64,000 nt of DNA. Source: Octopus sinensis (Eukaryota). The notes below the pieces were generated by a model that was not told the origin of the DNA, did no database searches, and worked only from the letters and a program-made list of their open reading frames with translations. The stretch covers positions 99,262,001 through 99,326,000 of the forward strand of contig NC_042999.1 of the NCBI RefSeq assembly GCF_006345805.1, written 5' to 3'. Below, piece by piece: positions 1-13,100 of this stretch. Position 1 is the first letter of the stretch. Every line of letters begins with the position of its first letter. The translations under genes and the position numbers were made by a program.

Positions 1-153
1 AAAAAAACGAAACAGGTTTTATAAACTTAAAACCTTCACAACATTGTTTATCATTGTTATTTTAGAAATATTCTTCCTAATATTAAAGTCTTATTCTTCC
101 AGTCATATATTAGCTTTCAAACATTGAACAATCTTAACAAGTTGGAAACTCAC

Positions 154-298
154 ATCATTTCTGTGAATAAATTTCTGCTGAAAGGTGCTTTTTTGGATGT
201 TTTAAACAGTAATATCATTACCCTCATGTGTTCAGTAACCAGTTTGAGTGCAAGCTTTTTATGCATGATTAAATGAGGCCCAATTCCAAGAAAACTGG
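154..298 (-). CDS. Candidate internal coding exon of an unidentified minus-strand gene (SFLGIGPHLIMHKKLALKLVTEHMRVMILLFKTSKKAPFSRNLFTEM)
   Basis: Minus strand reads tatgtaatag|exon|GTGAGT. 145 bp, with only one of three frames open throughout (47 codons). Unique, non-repetitive sequence. Protein not recognised. Confidence 0.45.
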
Positions 299-567
299 CT
301 ATTACATAATAGATTATAGTTTTTATTCAATGTTTTGTATAGATACACTGTTTTTTTTCATCTCAGGTATAATTGAATCACTCCTACAATAAAATATGGC
401 AAACACAAAACTATTTTTGCAATGTCCCTGTTTTAATATATGATACTTGAGTCATGAGTGTATGTGCACACAGACATATATGTATACATGTATACATACA
501 GATACATATACATATGCATATACACAAAAATATATACCTCATCTATTTATCTGTCTTTCTATATATA

Positions 568-584
<17 letters not shown>

Positions 585-613
<29 letters not shown>

Positions 614-1140
614 TGTATACATGCATGCACACACACGTGCATGCACACACATGTGCATGCAGACACACATATTATCTGAAGTGTACAGTATTATATATCT
701 AGCATGGTTGTTCTTACCAATCAATGGTAAATCTATGCTATGTAATGATAGATATATAATACTATACATTTCAGATAATATACCCAGTTTATTGCCAGAT
801 ATATGAGTGCATCTTTTTCCTGATTTATGGACTTTTAGATGACTTACTTATGTACATATATATATATATATATATACACACACATGTATACATGCATGCA
901 CACACACGTGCATGCACACACATGTGCATGCAGACACACATATTATCTGAAGTGTACAGTATTATATATCTAGCATGGTTGTTCTTACCAATCAATGGTA
1001 AATCTATGCTATGTAATGATAGATATATAATACTATACATTTCAGATAATATACCCAGTTTATTGCCAGATATATGAGTGCATCTTTTTCCTGATTTATG
1101 GACTTTTAGATGACTTACTTATGTACATATATATATATAT
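585..1140. repeat. Perfect 271-bp tandem duplication bounded by (TA)n
   Basis: acatgtatac at 611 and 882, tacccagttt at 781 and 1052 (period 271). The unique part looks identical between copies. Confidence 0.9.
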
Positions 1141-2231
1141 ATATACATACTCATACACACTGGAAAAATTGGACACAAAAATGATTATGAAGCTGCACAC
1201 ACAACATACACAGACACATACAAATATGTAAAAACTGGGATTAATTCTTCTGGTAAACATGTTAGGATCACTTAGAATGAAAGAGCTGAACATATTTATA
1301 TGTGTTATTAAAACATGAGTATCAACATGTTTCATTAAAACAGATATCCAACAAAATGCTCTGAACTTACTGTTTAAAACACACACTTATACACGTACAT
1401 ACACATGTGTGTGTGTGTGTATGTGTATATATATATATATGTATGTATTACAGAGATGTACTTGCATAGCAAGTGATCTGATGTGAGATCATGTGCTGAA
1501 ACAAAAGTAATTGCAGCATGGAAGGTGCTTTTATACATACATATATATTTATATATATATGTGTGTGTGTGTTTAAACATGACTATACATACATACATTT
1601 ATACATACACACATGCATATATATGTACACACAGGCACAAACACAGACGTTCACACATACACATATATGCACACATGCACATATTTCGTTTGTATGTCTG
1701 TATGCTTATGAAAATAACTACTTCAGCAGTGAGCTGAAAAAAAGTACATGATTTTTCCATAACTAATATATAATATGTAACACTTGCATAATGTTTGTAT
1801 TTCATAGAACATCATCGTTATACTTGATTTTATTTTCCAAATATACTATTTTATATCAAAATGATGGAGGCATCACATTATCTTTGTACTGTAACTATGG
1901 CAAAACTGCTGTCACATAATTGTAGGTTACAGCATGACGGCAGTAAAGTTCTTGCAGTTTACCCAAAAGACAATAATAAAAGTTGCATTGGTTGATTATG
2001 GCCATGGATCTTTAGATGTAGCTGATGGAGTATGCTTTTGATAAACCTAAGTAATAATAATAATGATAATAATAATAAGGATAATGATAAATATTTATGT
2101 CAAGAATGTGGCGAAGCCTAACTGCAAAAGAAAAAGTAATATCAGTTTCAATGGAGCATTGTTCTTTGTTTTTTTAAAAATGAGAAGAAAATTGTGCAAC
2201 CTGGAACCACTGGACTTCAAAACAGACATAC

Positions 2232-2306
2232 ATATTCTTCAAAATCTTGCCGTCCTTGGAATACCTCATGGTCTTTGGAAAGTACCTTTTGTCTGAGGCC
2301 TGCTGA
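2232..2306 (-). CDS. Candidate 75-bp phase 0/0 exon (SAGLRQKVLSKDHEVFQGRQDFEEY)
   Basis: Pyrimidine tract ttttcttcttcatactaacag| acceptor, |GTATGT donor, open frame with protein-like composition. Confidence 0.5.
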
Positions 2307-4234
2307 CTGTTAGTATGAAGAAGAAAAAAACTCAACAAAGCTAGTATTTTAAATCTATACTGTGGAATGAGATTCTAATTCATTATATTTGTCACAAGGG
2401 CAGTAGATGAGAGGACATTACATAGTCTGGTTACAAAAAGTGTGGGTGTTTACACTGAAATTAAATGTTTGAGAAAAAGAAAGTGAAAGAGTGTGCAAAT
2501 TGTAATAATGTCCCTAGACATAGACTACCATCTAACACTAATTAAGGAATCTCACAGATCTTGGACTACCTTCGCTATAATGGATAATGAAGATAATAAT
2601 AAAAGTAATGTTAATAATAATAATTTTATAGTAATTATATTCACCATCATTTGATGTCTGTCTTCCATGCTGGCATAGATTGTAGACAGTATTGATAATC
2701 ATACTTTTGAGAATAAACGTATCTTCTCTCATAAACCCATTGGCAAGTTAGTCAATAGGACATTGAGTTTTCTTAGCATATATCAGTGGATTGTGTCTCA
2801 TTGTAGTATTTATATATATATATATTAACATTAACTGGTTGGCGGCATTTCAGAGCAAAGTACATCCTATTGTAGTTTCAGTGCATGGCTTGCAAATAGA
2901 TATCGACTGCTGACTTTTTCATTGGTTTGTCTATCCACTATTCCCTAGAAGATCTACAAGTCTTTAAAATAGGGGAGTATTTACTTGTGACTATAACTAA
3001 AACACAAGGTGCGACAGAAAAATAGTATTAATTCAATAAGATTTTCAGAAGAAAATTTACTATCTAAATAGCATAAGCCCAGGGATATTGTTAATTTGAT
3101 GTTCAAATAACACATATTTTCTTGATGTCACATCCTGTTTGACATGTGTTCATTAAATATTATTTGCAGATAATTATGCTAAATATTGCCTTTATCAATT
3201 AAATATTTTTCTTCGTTAATTTCTCTGTTCTTTCTTCTACCAAGAACGCTGATTGATAATTTTCATTTTAATTCCTACCTCAAAACTAAAAAAAAGAGGA
3301 AGGTTCTATGCAATCATTGACCTTTTAGAAATAGCAGTCAATTTTAACTCATCATATTCTATTATCTTTAAAAAAACTGCTAGAATGCTACATAATTACT
3401 AATTAACAAAATGAGTAGATGACCAGATTGAGGCCACTTCTGATGATATGGCTGTTTAATGAAGGCAACAACAACAAATAAAAATTATTTGATGACCTTA
3501 CAAGGGAGCCTTTAAGTGGTTGCTTAACATGCTAGAAATAGTGGACAAATATTCCTCAAATCACACCCTACCATCTTAAAAATATTGGAAGGAAGGCATG
3601 ATACCTTGGATAGTATAATTCTTAATAGACTATGACTGAAAGAAAAGTGGTTTGGTTACAGAATGCCTTTGATCATATTTTTACTCAATCAGGATTGAAT
3701 TGTTACTAAGCTAAATAACTAAAAAATTTCTGGTCAAGTTTTCAGATTAAAATGATATAATACTGATGAAAACTAACCACTGATCCCTCATCAAACCAAT
3801 CACCCTTATTGACTCATTCATAAATTTCACTTATGGTCAAGATTTCTTACCCTTCACTTTGCTTTCCACTTCAAATACATAAAAGAAATAACTTTGTTAG
3901 AGACATTAAGCCAATTTCAGTAACTTACAGTTTCATGTTGTCACAGTGACCAGACAGATTTTGTGTGGACAGTCAGTTGGTTTTAAACAACAACAACAAC
4001 AACAATAATAATAATGATAGTGGTAATAATCCTTTCTACTATAGTCACAAGACCTGAAATTTTGGCTGAGCAAGCTAGTCTATTACATTGCCCCCAATGC
4101 TCAATTTGTACATATTGACCCTCAAAAGGTTGAGAGCAAAGTCAAGTTTGGCAAAATTTGAACATCGACCACTAAAAATTGTTTCGCATGCCAAAAATTC
4201 TGCCAGCCCACTGCTTTAGTAATAATAGTGATGA

Positions 4235-4430
4235 TCATTTAATGTCAATGTTCCATGCTAGCATGGGTTAGGTAGTTTATCAGGTTCCAAGGACTGCATC
4301 GTGTTTTAGTATCTGCTTTGATATGGTTTCTTTGGTTGGATGCCCTTCATAATGCCAACCATCTTACGGGATTTGCTGAGTGCTTTTTTCATGTCACCAG
4401 TACTAGTGAGATCACTATGCAGCTTGGTAG
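4235..4430 (-). mobile_element. RTE-type LINE 3' end / RTE-tailed repeat
   Basis: Plus reads catttaatgtcaatgttccatgctagcatgggtt...ggatgcccttcataatgccaacc. The same family recurs near 18820-18960, 20865-21070 and 29430-29640. Confidence 0.5.
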
Positions 4431-5613
4431 ACTACAAAATCTGAGGTGGTGGTGGTGGTGGTAGCTTTGTGCTAGGAAATGAGGAGGTAAAGTATGTAAG
4501 AAGTGGGTGGTGAAGTAGGTTCTTGGTTTAGAGGAGCTACATGGCTAAAGGAGTGTGAGAATACTCAGTAGGAGCTGCAAAGGGATAGATATAAATAGTA
4601 GTATTGAGGTATCCAAATGGCTCCTCAAGATATTAGATGAGTAGAAGTAAGTAGGAACAGGAACAGAGAGTGTGGGTGGGTGAAAAGAATGTATGGAGGA
4701 GCAAGAGAGAGGGAAATGGGAGAGGGGTGGTAGGCAAAAACTGTAATGATTGGGCTGGGTTTTAAGGTGAATATATAGAGTGATGGATAAAGGGTAGGGA
4801 ATGACCAGTGACACACCGGCCAAGGAAGGTCATGGGATAGAGAAATAAGTGGAAGCCAGGAGCAGCAGGATAATAATTATGATACAGTTGACATAAGTCA
4901 TTTGAAGGACAGAGTTAACATGTGGCTGGGAGGCTGCAGAAAGGAGAGAGGCTGGCATAGTGCATGGTAGAAGATGGGACATGTTATGAAACTGTTGATG
5001 GTCATTATGTTGTTCAATTTTTAATAGGATATGAATAGGGTATGATTTATAGAAGATGACAGGAAACTGTGACTTCATACCTCGAGAAAGACTATAGAAA
5101 TTAATATTCATATACTAGAGTCATTATAATTTCTTGACAGGGGCAGTTGATTTTAAGAAACAGGAGAGAATCAAATACAAAATGATTTGTGTTTTCTAAT
5201 TGTGTTCCTTTATGTTCTTTGTTCAAATCCTGCCTTAGACATAGGAATCAATGAAATAATACCAATTAATTATACTGTCCCCCTCAAATATGTGTGCATG
5301 TGCATTTGTTAGAATGTGTTTTCTTTGGGTTGGAGGTGTATCAGGGACTGAAATCTATCAAAGATATTCAGTATAGTTCAGGAATAGTGTCTTACTGCTA
5401 TGGACTGTCTAGAAGTGAAGGAAGCAATATATTTATGGCTCATCTCTCAGCCCAAAAACATATTTTCGGAGAGAGTAAAGAAGGTTGTGCAAAGATGGGC
5501 TGTATTGAAAAGTAAGGAGACTATGTTGAGAAATGATATACATTTAAGATCTCTATTAATGCTGTAATAATTTAAAAAAAGAAAATGAAAATAAAAGTAA
5601 ACACATCACTGAC

Positions 5614-5746
5614 TGCTAATTTTTAGAGCACAGAAAGTGAAGAGACCATGATTAATTTTAATTGAATATTCGAATTCAAACCAACACTGTGGTGACTGAA
5701 GGGAAACCATGTCAAGTGAAGTGCAGGAAATTAATTTTTCTACCAA
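5614..5746 (-). CDS. Candidate coding exon (LVEKLISCTSLDMVSLQSPQCWFEFEYSIKINHGLFTFCALKIS)
   Basis: gatctttgtttttccag| acceptor, |GTCAGT donor, 44 open codons in frame 0. Confidence 0.4.
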
Positions 5747-5792
5747 CTGGAAAAACAAAGATCATTGTGGATAGTTAACAAACCCTCTTTAA

Positions 5793-6014
5793 CCCTTTTG
5801 TTACCCTATTTCTGTTGAGATACTCTGTGTTTCTTTCAATTAATTTTAAATATAACAAAGAACTTAGTAAAATAACTTAGTTATCATTCAGCTAGTGTTA
5901 GGAACATTAATTATGACTAAGGTTTGGTGGAAGATTTTAATTCATAACTTTTGTAAACAAGACATTTGTACTACAGAGCCAGAGCCGGTTTCAGCCGGAT
6001 TGGTAACGAAAGGG
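5793..6014. mobile_element. piggyBac-family MITE (222 bp)
   Basis: TTAA at 5789-5792 and 6015-6018. TIRs CCCTTTTGTTACC / GGTAACGAAAGGG (12/13 match). No coding capacity. Confidence 0.85.
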
Positions 6015-7349
6015 TTAAGGTTATATCTTGGTCAAACACTAAGAATTCAATTACATTTTCTTTGTAAGATATATAATGGTGGTAAGTTTAAAATGCTGGT
6101 CTAATCATTACATGATCATGAGCTCATACATTTGTACTGTAGTAGTAGAGTGTTGTGTCATTTTCAAAACACCTAACTGTATTTTCTCCAACTTCGACAA
6201 TTAAAAAATACAGGTTCCATTGCTACTTCACTGTCATTAGGTTAGTGGCTAAAAAGTTGTTTCAGAAAACAAACTACCACAATCATGTAAAACTGAATGA
6301 AAAACTGGCCTGACTGAGTGCTAAACTCCACCTCACTACCTCCTCTGAAAAAGCAGTTTTTCTCCATGAACATGTGTACCTTCATTTGCCCCAACATGTA
6401 GAAAACAGAATCTTCTTAGTATAAATCAAAACATCGCCACCACCACCACCACCACAACAACAACAGTAATGCTAGTTAGATTTTATATGCTGATATTGCT
6501 AATTGGATTTTCTAAGACATTTACATGTCTTTCCTATAATAAAATGTGGCAGGTTTGTATTTCAAACCTATAGACTAGAAGTCATTTATAATATAATTAA
6601 TTAACATGCTAAATAATGTAATTAATAAACCATAATGTCATTATATTTGACCTCACCAAATTAATGTGTTAAAATTAAAAACTAAAGTCATCAGATATCC
6701 AACTGTAAATGCCATTTGCTGTAATTCTTACTAGAAAATTTCTTTCATTCCTTAATTTTATAATCTTTGCTATAGCAGCTAAACTAAGACCAGCTATTAG
6801 TTAATTCTAGTCAAATGTAATTTGAATGATTTAGCTAAATTAAAATATTTTGTTGGTTAGTTTCTTGAAAGTAAGACAGAAAACTCTTACATGATTTCTA
6901 AGTCAAATTATGGGCAACAGCTGTTTAATTAATTAATTTCCATACTACCAAAATTTAAAATTTAAAATTGAATAGTTAGAATATTAAATAACAATTTTAA
7001 AAATTACATATTTTTCAGTGCAGTGTGGTATGATAGATAAAAGGTTTCTCTCATTTTATTTCCAAAGTTAATCATATTACTTATGTTCTCAGCAGAAAAA
7101 TACATTTCGTTCTTTTTGTCTTTTGGCTATTTTATTGTAGTTCAAATTAATTTTGTTGGTGATGTTTTAAACCTTACATAATAATAGCTGTTTAAATGAA
7201 CCAGTGCCTGTTATGCTAAACTTCAATAAAATGTACTTATATTGAATTTACATGATGATAGACAAATAGGAATGTCTCTCATCATATTTTGTAACAAATC
7301 AGCCACTGTGAACCAATCAGATATGTACAATTTGGCTTTCAATTAATAC

Positions 7350-7517
7350 TTTCCTTTATAGCAAAAACTTTGTGGTCATCAGCAGATTCCCAGAGAGTTG
7401 GGATTATGATGAGCCTGTTTTGATCTTCAGTTGAAGCCATCTTCTATCCATATGTTGCTAATGCTCTTGGGAGAAAATATCATATATAATTCCTCCTTAA
7501 AACATAGGTTCTTGTAC
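7350..7517 (-). CDS. Candidate exon with start codon (ATG at 7440; MASTEDQNRLIIIPTLWESADDHKVFAIKE)
   Basis: Very strong acceptor (about 30-nt pyrimidine tract ...ttcttactag|). Stops in all frames before AAGATGG (good Kozak context). Donor |GTATTA just before the in-frame stop. Confidence 0.4.
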
Positions 7518-7941
7518 CTAGTAAGAAAAAGAAGAAAAAAAAAAGAAATTAAAAAGTAAAAAATATAAAAAAGAATGAAATATAATATTTTTCTTTATCT
7601 TTCTTAGATCCACATAATGTAGTGTTTGAGATTCACTTTTCCCATTTTGAATGAATATTAGATCATTTAGTAAACATTGTCTACAAGAACTTGTAAAAAT
7701 ATAATAGTAATGTAACACGGTATAGTAGTAATATAAACACAATATTGGCTTTGTGGGTGTGGACAAAGAACTCCACCCACCTTTCAGCACTTAGATAGTC
7801 TCAAAATATCAAAATTAAAACTAACAGTTATCAGCACTGCTTATCTTATAATAAACAACATTCAACTCTAATTCATTTGCTTTCATCAATATTTTTTTAA
7901 TCAAAGATCGATTCCTTGTATTAAATGGTCCCACAAGATAC

Positions 7942-7966
7942 CTAAATTTTGAACTTCTTTACTTGG
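7942..7966 (-). other. Candidate 25-bp micro-exon
   Basis: attctattttcacag|CCAAGTAAAGAAGTTCAAAATTTAG|GTATCT. Confidence 0.3.
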
Positions 7967-8930
7967 CTGTGAAAATAGAATATATATCTATAACAAAACA
8001 AAAAAAGAATAACAACAATAATAATGATAACAACAAAAATAAAGGAATATTTTCTTTTTGGCTTGCTATTCTACGAGAAGTTCTGATTTCACCATCTGCA
8101 TTTGTTATTTGTCTTCACTTTCTACATCTCTTTTGTCTTTGAAAAGATTGTTTTTTCTTTTATGTTTACAAGAATATGTTGCTATTAGAATGTATATCTC
8201 ACATCAAAAAAACACTTTTTTAAATACAGGCAATGACTTTTTAATCTCAGCCATTACATTGTATGAATTATTTAGAGAAATGATGATGTAGTGAAACAAT
8301 TAAAAGTTAACATTAAAATAAAGGAGGAAAAATATCCCGAGGGGAACATTTTTCCTACTAAACGTAAATATGATAGCATCTCACATGTGTAATATAATGA
8401 GTTGAATGACTGAGATTATGAAAACAATTAGTAGAAAAAAACCCTTCTTTTAGGGTTGTTGAAACATTTAAAAGCAACAAAGGAGAACTTCAATAAAATC
8501 AATTAATTGAAATTTTGAAAAATATTAGAAATACAGAATGGGAGTAGATCTGGTCTTAAAGCCAACTGGTGAAAGCAACTGGTAAGTTTCAGTCTTATTT
8601 GACCTCCTTAGCAAACTGTTTTTTATTCAGTTGGCAAGACTTAGAGTTATCACTCTGTTTATAGAAACAGAGGAAATACAATGATGTAAATTATAATTTA
8701 AAAATGAATTTTATGAATTGATTTTTAAAAAAATGTCTTTCCTCTCTATTATTCAAATTAATTCTGAAATAAAAACATTCATTAACTTTATTTTGTTGGC
8801 TCATAAATATTTTGGATGATAAAATTGTACAACTGCTTAGTATGCTGTTTTGAAATAATATCATTTAAAGATTCTGAACTTTAAAGATGACATATTTGGA
8901 ATGAAAACTAATATTTGAATTAAAACTTAC

Positions 8931-8998
8931 CGGGAATTCATAAGATCCTACATCAGAAGAACTTGCAAAGGTCATGAATATTTTCCCTCCTCTTCTGA
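8931..8998 (-). other. Candidate 68-bp exon (open frame RRGGKIFMTFASSSDVGSYEFP)
   Basis: tacttttctctctataag| acceptor and a perfect CCG|GTAAGT donor. Confidence 0.5.
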
Positions 8999-9155
8999 CT
9001 TATAGAGAGAAAAGTATAATAAATATTAAATCAAATTATCGTATGATAACTAAATTATATTACTGCCTTTTACTGAAAGAATTTTTCATACACCAGTTTT
9101 TCTACTTTTTATTTTTATTTTGATATTGACATTAAAATGATGATGTCCACACTCT

Positions 9156-9192
<37 letters not shown>

Positions 9193-9203
9193 CATATACA
9201 TAT

Positions 9204-9234
<31 letters not shown>

Positions 9235-9565
9235 TATATATATATATGTATATATATATGTATGTATGTATGTATATATGTGAGTATGTGTATATATATG
9301 TTGACATCCTATAAATGTCAGATAAGAAATATTGGATGTCACTGATAATCAGAAAGCTGATGATTCCAGAAATCAATGTGATTATTAGCCAAAAACTGAT
9401 AATCTACAGATCAGAAGAACTCTCTCAGATGTGTACAGATTTAGAACAACATTCCATAGACACATTAAATACAAGCAGATTTAATATTTGAATACGGTCT
9501 AACAAGTAGTTTGTCTTGATCAAAATCTAAGATCACCTCTGGAGATATTCTATATGTCCCATTAC

Positions 9566-9593
9566 CATTATATCTAGAGGAGGAGCTTCTGAC
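9566..9593 (-). other. Candidate 28-bp micro-exon
   Basis: tactctttctaacag|GTCAGAAGCTCCTCCTCTAGATATAATG|GTAATG. Confidence 0.35.
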
Positions 9594-9844
9594 CTGTTAG
9601 AAAGAGTAACCAAGTCTTCTTCATGGAAAGGGGACATATATATTCAGCATAATGTATATCTTAGATAGCTTTGCTGTCAAAAATTATTAGTTGACCATAG
9701 TTTGAAAACTTTTGATCATCCATCTCCTTAACTAGGTCTGAAGGAGATGTTGGGTTAAGCAATAACAGAAATAACATTTAGGATTAACTAAAATTATTTT
9801 AATAATTAAGTTTCCATTATTTGTTCATATGTAGTAGAAGGCAC

Positions 9845-9869
9845 CTGCTCAATTTGTTGCGAAGGAAGA
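9845..9869 (-). other. Candidate 25-bp micro-exon
   Basis: ggtttctgttatag|TCTTCCTTCGCAACAAATTGAGCAG|GTGCCT. Confidence 0.25.
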
Positions 9870-10844
9870 CTATAACAGAAACCATTTGGTTGATAAGCAA
9901 ACTAACTGTACAGATAAGTCAGCTCTTATTATAGTAGTTTAATTATTCATTTCTCACTAATATACAGAGTGTAACCTGAGAGGATGAGAATGGTTAGATT
10001 TAAGTTAATCATCTAAAGGGCATATTCATATGTTTTACAGTTTATTGCCATTGTTCATCATTTTAAATATCTAGTGTTCTGCCTCATATTTGTTGGTCTA
10101 TGACTTCTAAATGATAGAAAAACTGGTTTAGATATATTTGAGAAATAACTGATTTCTCTCCCTCAGCATGCATAAGCTATTTGGCTAGTTGAAGTTCCAT
10201 CTCTTTATGTTTCTATTAAAACATCTGTATGGATATTGTGTACTGGAAGTTTTAAGGTTGGTACATCAATAAAACATATCAGTTATATGTCATAAAGTAA
10301 TATTACAAACAGCAATAAGCCATTTGCCTCACTATAGCATATGACTTTGTCTAAAAGAAGGGTTGGTGTGGCTAAATTTTTGATCCTGTTCATTCCCTTC
10401 ACCCTAATATTTTGCACCATGAGAAAGCAGGATCAAATAGCTCATTTGTCAGTCTTAATAATTACTTAAATAAGCAATTGCATAGAAGCAGGTGAATAAT
10501 CACACAGATCAAAGAATATCTTAATGTTTTGATTTTGAATAATTTAATTCCCAAAAGACAGTCAATGCCTATAGTGTTTGAAGGCACTCCCAGTGTTGCT
10601 GATGACGCTTGTAGAGAACATATAAATAGCAAGGGGAGATTCCAAATAAATAAAATTCTAAATGGATAGGTAAAGTACATTTAGAAGGTCTGTGAGGTGA
10701 GATTTAGAGTGTATAGTAAACTGAAAGACAAGTGGTAAAGAACATTATGTAACAAAATTTTTACTTTTTTTTGTCTTTGGTCAGTAAGTGCTATTTCCTA
10801 TTTGCTTCTATCAAGAAATCAGAGGAAACTTGGCTTTTGTAATC

Positions 10845-11215
10845 TGGACATCAATGTTTGGAAAATGGCCTATTTTCCATTACATTTCAGACAGATTCAG
10901 CACTGTGATGCTAAAGCAGAAATATCAATATAGCAAATAGTCTGCTCAATATCACAACTTTGCTTGTCATTTGCTTGACTTTAACCACTTGAACATGTTC
11001 CTTAGTGGCTGACAATATGTACATCTCTGATTATGAGCAGGAGTAGTGGGGGAGCATCATAGCCCTGTGTTGAGAGGGATTCTTTAGAGTTTGAATGAAT
11101 GTAACAAAAGCTAAGTTTGGAAGAAATGTTATCCATTTGTCACACTTTCTAGGGGTAAACAACTACGAAATAACAGTAATTACCCAAGGGCAAAAATCAT
11201 GCTACACATTGTCAT
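10845..11215. repeat. Dispersed ~370-bp repeat, inverted partner of 13500-13870
   Basis: catcaatgtttggaaaatggcctattttccattacatttcagac is the reverse complement of gtctgaaatgtaatggaaaataggtcagtttccaaacattgatg near 13808-13851. Roughly 75-80% identity by eye. Confidence 0.75.
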
Positions 11216-11377
11216 TTGATAATTATGTTTAAGTTGCAGTGGATGATTGTATTTTAAAGGCAATATGATGACACATTGCATTGATATGTTAATGATGGTA
11301 ATCTGGTGGTAAGTGAAGGCTGGCTAAAACATAGCTTACATGTGTCTGACAGTAGTAATATCCCAATGAGATATTAC

Positions 11378-11430
11378 TTCTCAAACGAGAAGAATGGGAT
11401 GCTCATGTGCATTGCTGAAGATGATTAACT
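11378..11430 (-). other. Candidate exon (5'UTR-like, with ATG at 11412)
   Basis: Long pyrimidine tract tttccttttctttttcttgttttttttttcaag| acceptor. Donor |GTAATA (alternative |GTAAGC near 11340). Confidence 0.35.
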
Positions 11431-11650
11431 CTTGAAAAAAAAACAAGAAAAAGAAAAGGAAAGCAAATAAAAATTAAATCAAAACTAAAGTAGCTTTTAA
11501 CACCAAAATGTTATTCAGGTGCTGTTCTAGCTGTGTCATAAATGTATGACATGCCATAATAAATTCTGAGGTATATTACAGCTTTATTGCAAATGTATAC
11601 TGTCTAATAAAAGATTTTAAGATTTAAATGGATATAGACATGATTGTATG

Positions 11651-12013
11651 AAAAGAAGTTTGGTTTCCAACCACATGATTTCAGGTTCAGTCCCACCGTA
11701 TGGAACATTGGGGAAGTGTCTTCTACTATATCCTTGGTCTGACCAAAGCCTTGTGAGTGGACTTGGTAGATGTAAAACTGAAAGAAGCCCATTGTATAAA
11801 TATCTATATATCTGTGTGTGTGTGTGTGTGGTGTGTGCGTGCGTGCATATCTTTGATTCTGTATGTGGTTTCCAACCACATGATTTCAGGTTCAGTCCCA
11901 CCATATGGAACCTTGGAAAATTGTCTTCTACTATAGCCTCGGGCTGACCAAAGCCTTGTGAGTGGACTTGGTAGATGTAAAACTGAAAGAAGCCCATTGT
12001 ATAAATATCTATA

Positions 12014-12051
<38 letters not shown>

Positions 12052-12219
12052 TGTCTTTGATTCTGTATGTGGTTTCCAACCACATGATTTCAGATTCAGT
12101 CCCACCGTATGGAACATTGGGGAAGTGTCTTCTACTATATCCTTGGGCTGACCAAAGCCTTGTGAGTGGATTTGGTAGATGTGAAAATGAAAGAAGCCCA
12201 TTGTATAAATATCTATATA

Positions 12220-12267
<48 letters not shown>

Positions 12268-12340
12268 TGCATGCGTGTCTTTGATTCTGTATTTGTTTTC
12301 CACCACCACTTGACAACTGGTATTGGTGTGTTAACAAACT
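11651..12340 (+). mobile_element. Head-to-tail trimer of tRNA-derived SINE (family A) bodies with (TG)n linkers
   Basis: Three copies of ggtttccaaccacatgatttcaggttcagtccc...gggaagtgtcttctactata...ccaaagccttgtgagtggacttggtagatg..aaactgaaagaagccc, about 210 bp apart. Confidence 0.9.
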
Positions 12341-12359
12341 CATAATTTAGCAGGTTTCT

Positions 12360-13100
12360 CACTGAAGAGAGTCTATGTGGCTACTTACATTTTCAATTGT
12401 AATGGAGCAGGGTGGAGAAGAATAAAGCAGATATTTCTGTGACCCTTCAACATAAAAGGTAAGTAGTTGTGTATTGGGGTAGAGGAAATGTGCTTGTGGG
12501 TTGGTAGAGGTTGCAAGAGTGTTTGAAGGATGAAAAATGGGGGAATAGGTGAGGCAGTAAATATAAAGAACGAAGAACAAGTGTTGAATGGATGATGAGT
12601 AGGGGAGACGAGGAAGAGTAGCTGACAATTGTAGAGACTGGTTATGATTGAGTGGATATAGGGAATAATGTTAAGTGGTGGTGGGTAACTAGTGATCATG
12701 GGGTTCAGATTTGCAGAGTAATGATGATGATTAAAGACAGAGGCAAGATAAGAGAGAGATGACAAGTGGTTGGGTAGGTTGCATGAGAGAGGTAAAGAGG
12801 CAGGCATAGTACATTAGAAGAGTGAGAGTTGTATGGTGGCAGAGAAGGTGAGATGATTTCATGGCCCAAGGTGTGGGGTGGCAATATAAGATGTTTCAGG
12901 AGAGATCATTATTCCGGATGAAGAATGTATAACAAGGGAAATGTTCCTGGGTAGTAACAAAGATTAGTGATTTCAAAGAAAAACTGCAGTTTGAGAAATG
13001 AAAAGTGGTAGGGGTGTCTTGGGGAAGAAATTTGAGCAATGGGTCCAGTTATGATCATACATATCCACATACAACACTTCCAGAACTTAGTTTCTCAAAG
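12360..13100 (-). mobile_element. Highly degraded retroelement coding remnant (possibly PLE); similar purine-rich tract at ~4450-5100
   Basis: Strong strand skew and short peptide echoes (LPRLPYSSSIQ, LTYSP). No intact motif. Confidence 0.25.

Noticed and set aside
1200-1735. Possible minus-strand exons near 1683-1735, 1460-1520 and 1225-1370
   Set aside because: They require weak donors and very short microsatellite-filled introns. Not supportable.
3740-3795. Box C/D snoRNA-like motif pair on the minus strand
   Set aside because: Too short (~55 nt), non-consensus C box, and it lies in repeat-derived sequence. No support for a snoRNA-host explanation of the micro-exons.
8537-8581. Plus-strand mini-exon with ATG (MGVDLVLKPTGESN) and GTAAGT donor
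   Set aside because: No compatible downstream plus-strand exon found, and it conflicts with the stronger minus-strand exon set. It may be chance.
11604-12343. 179-230 aa ORFs with internal repeats
   Set aside because: Translations of the tandem SINE trimer.
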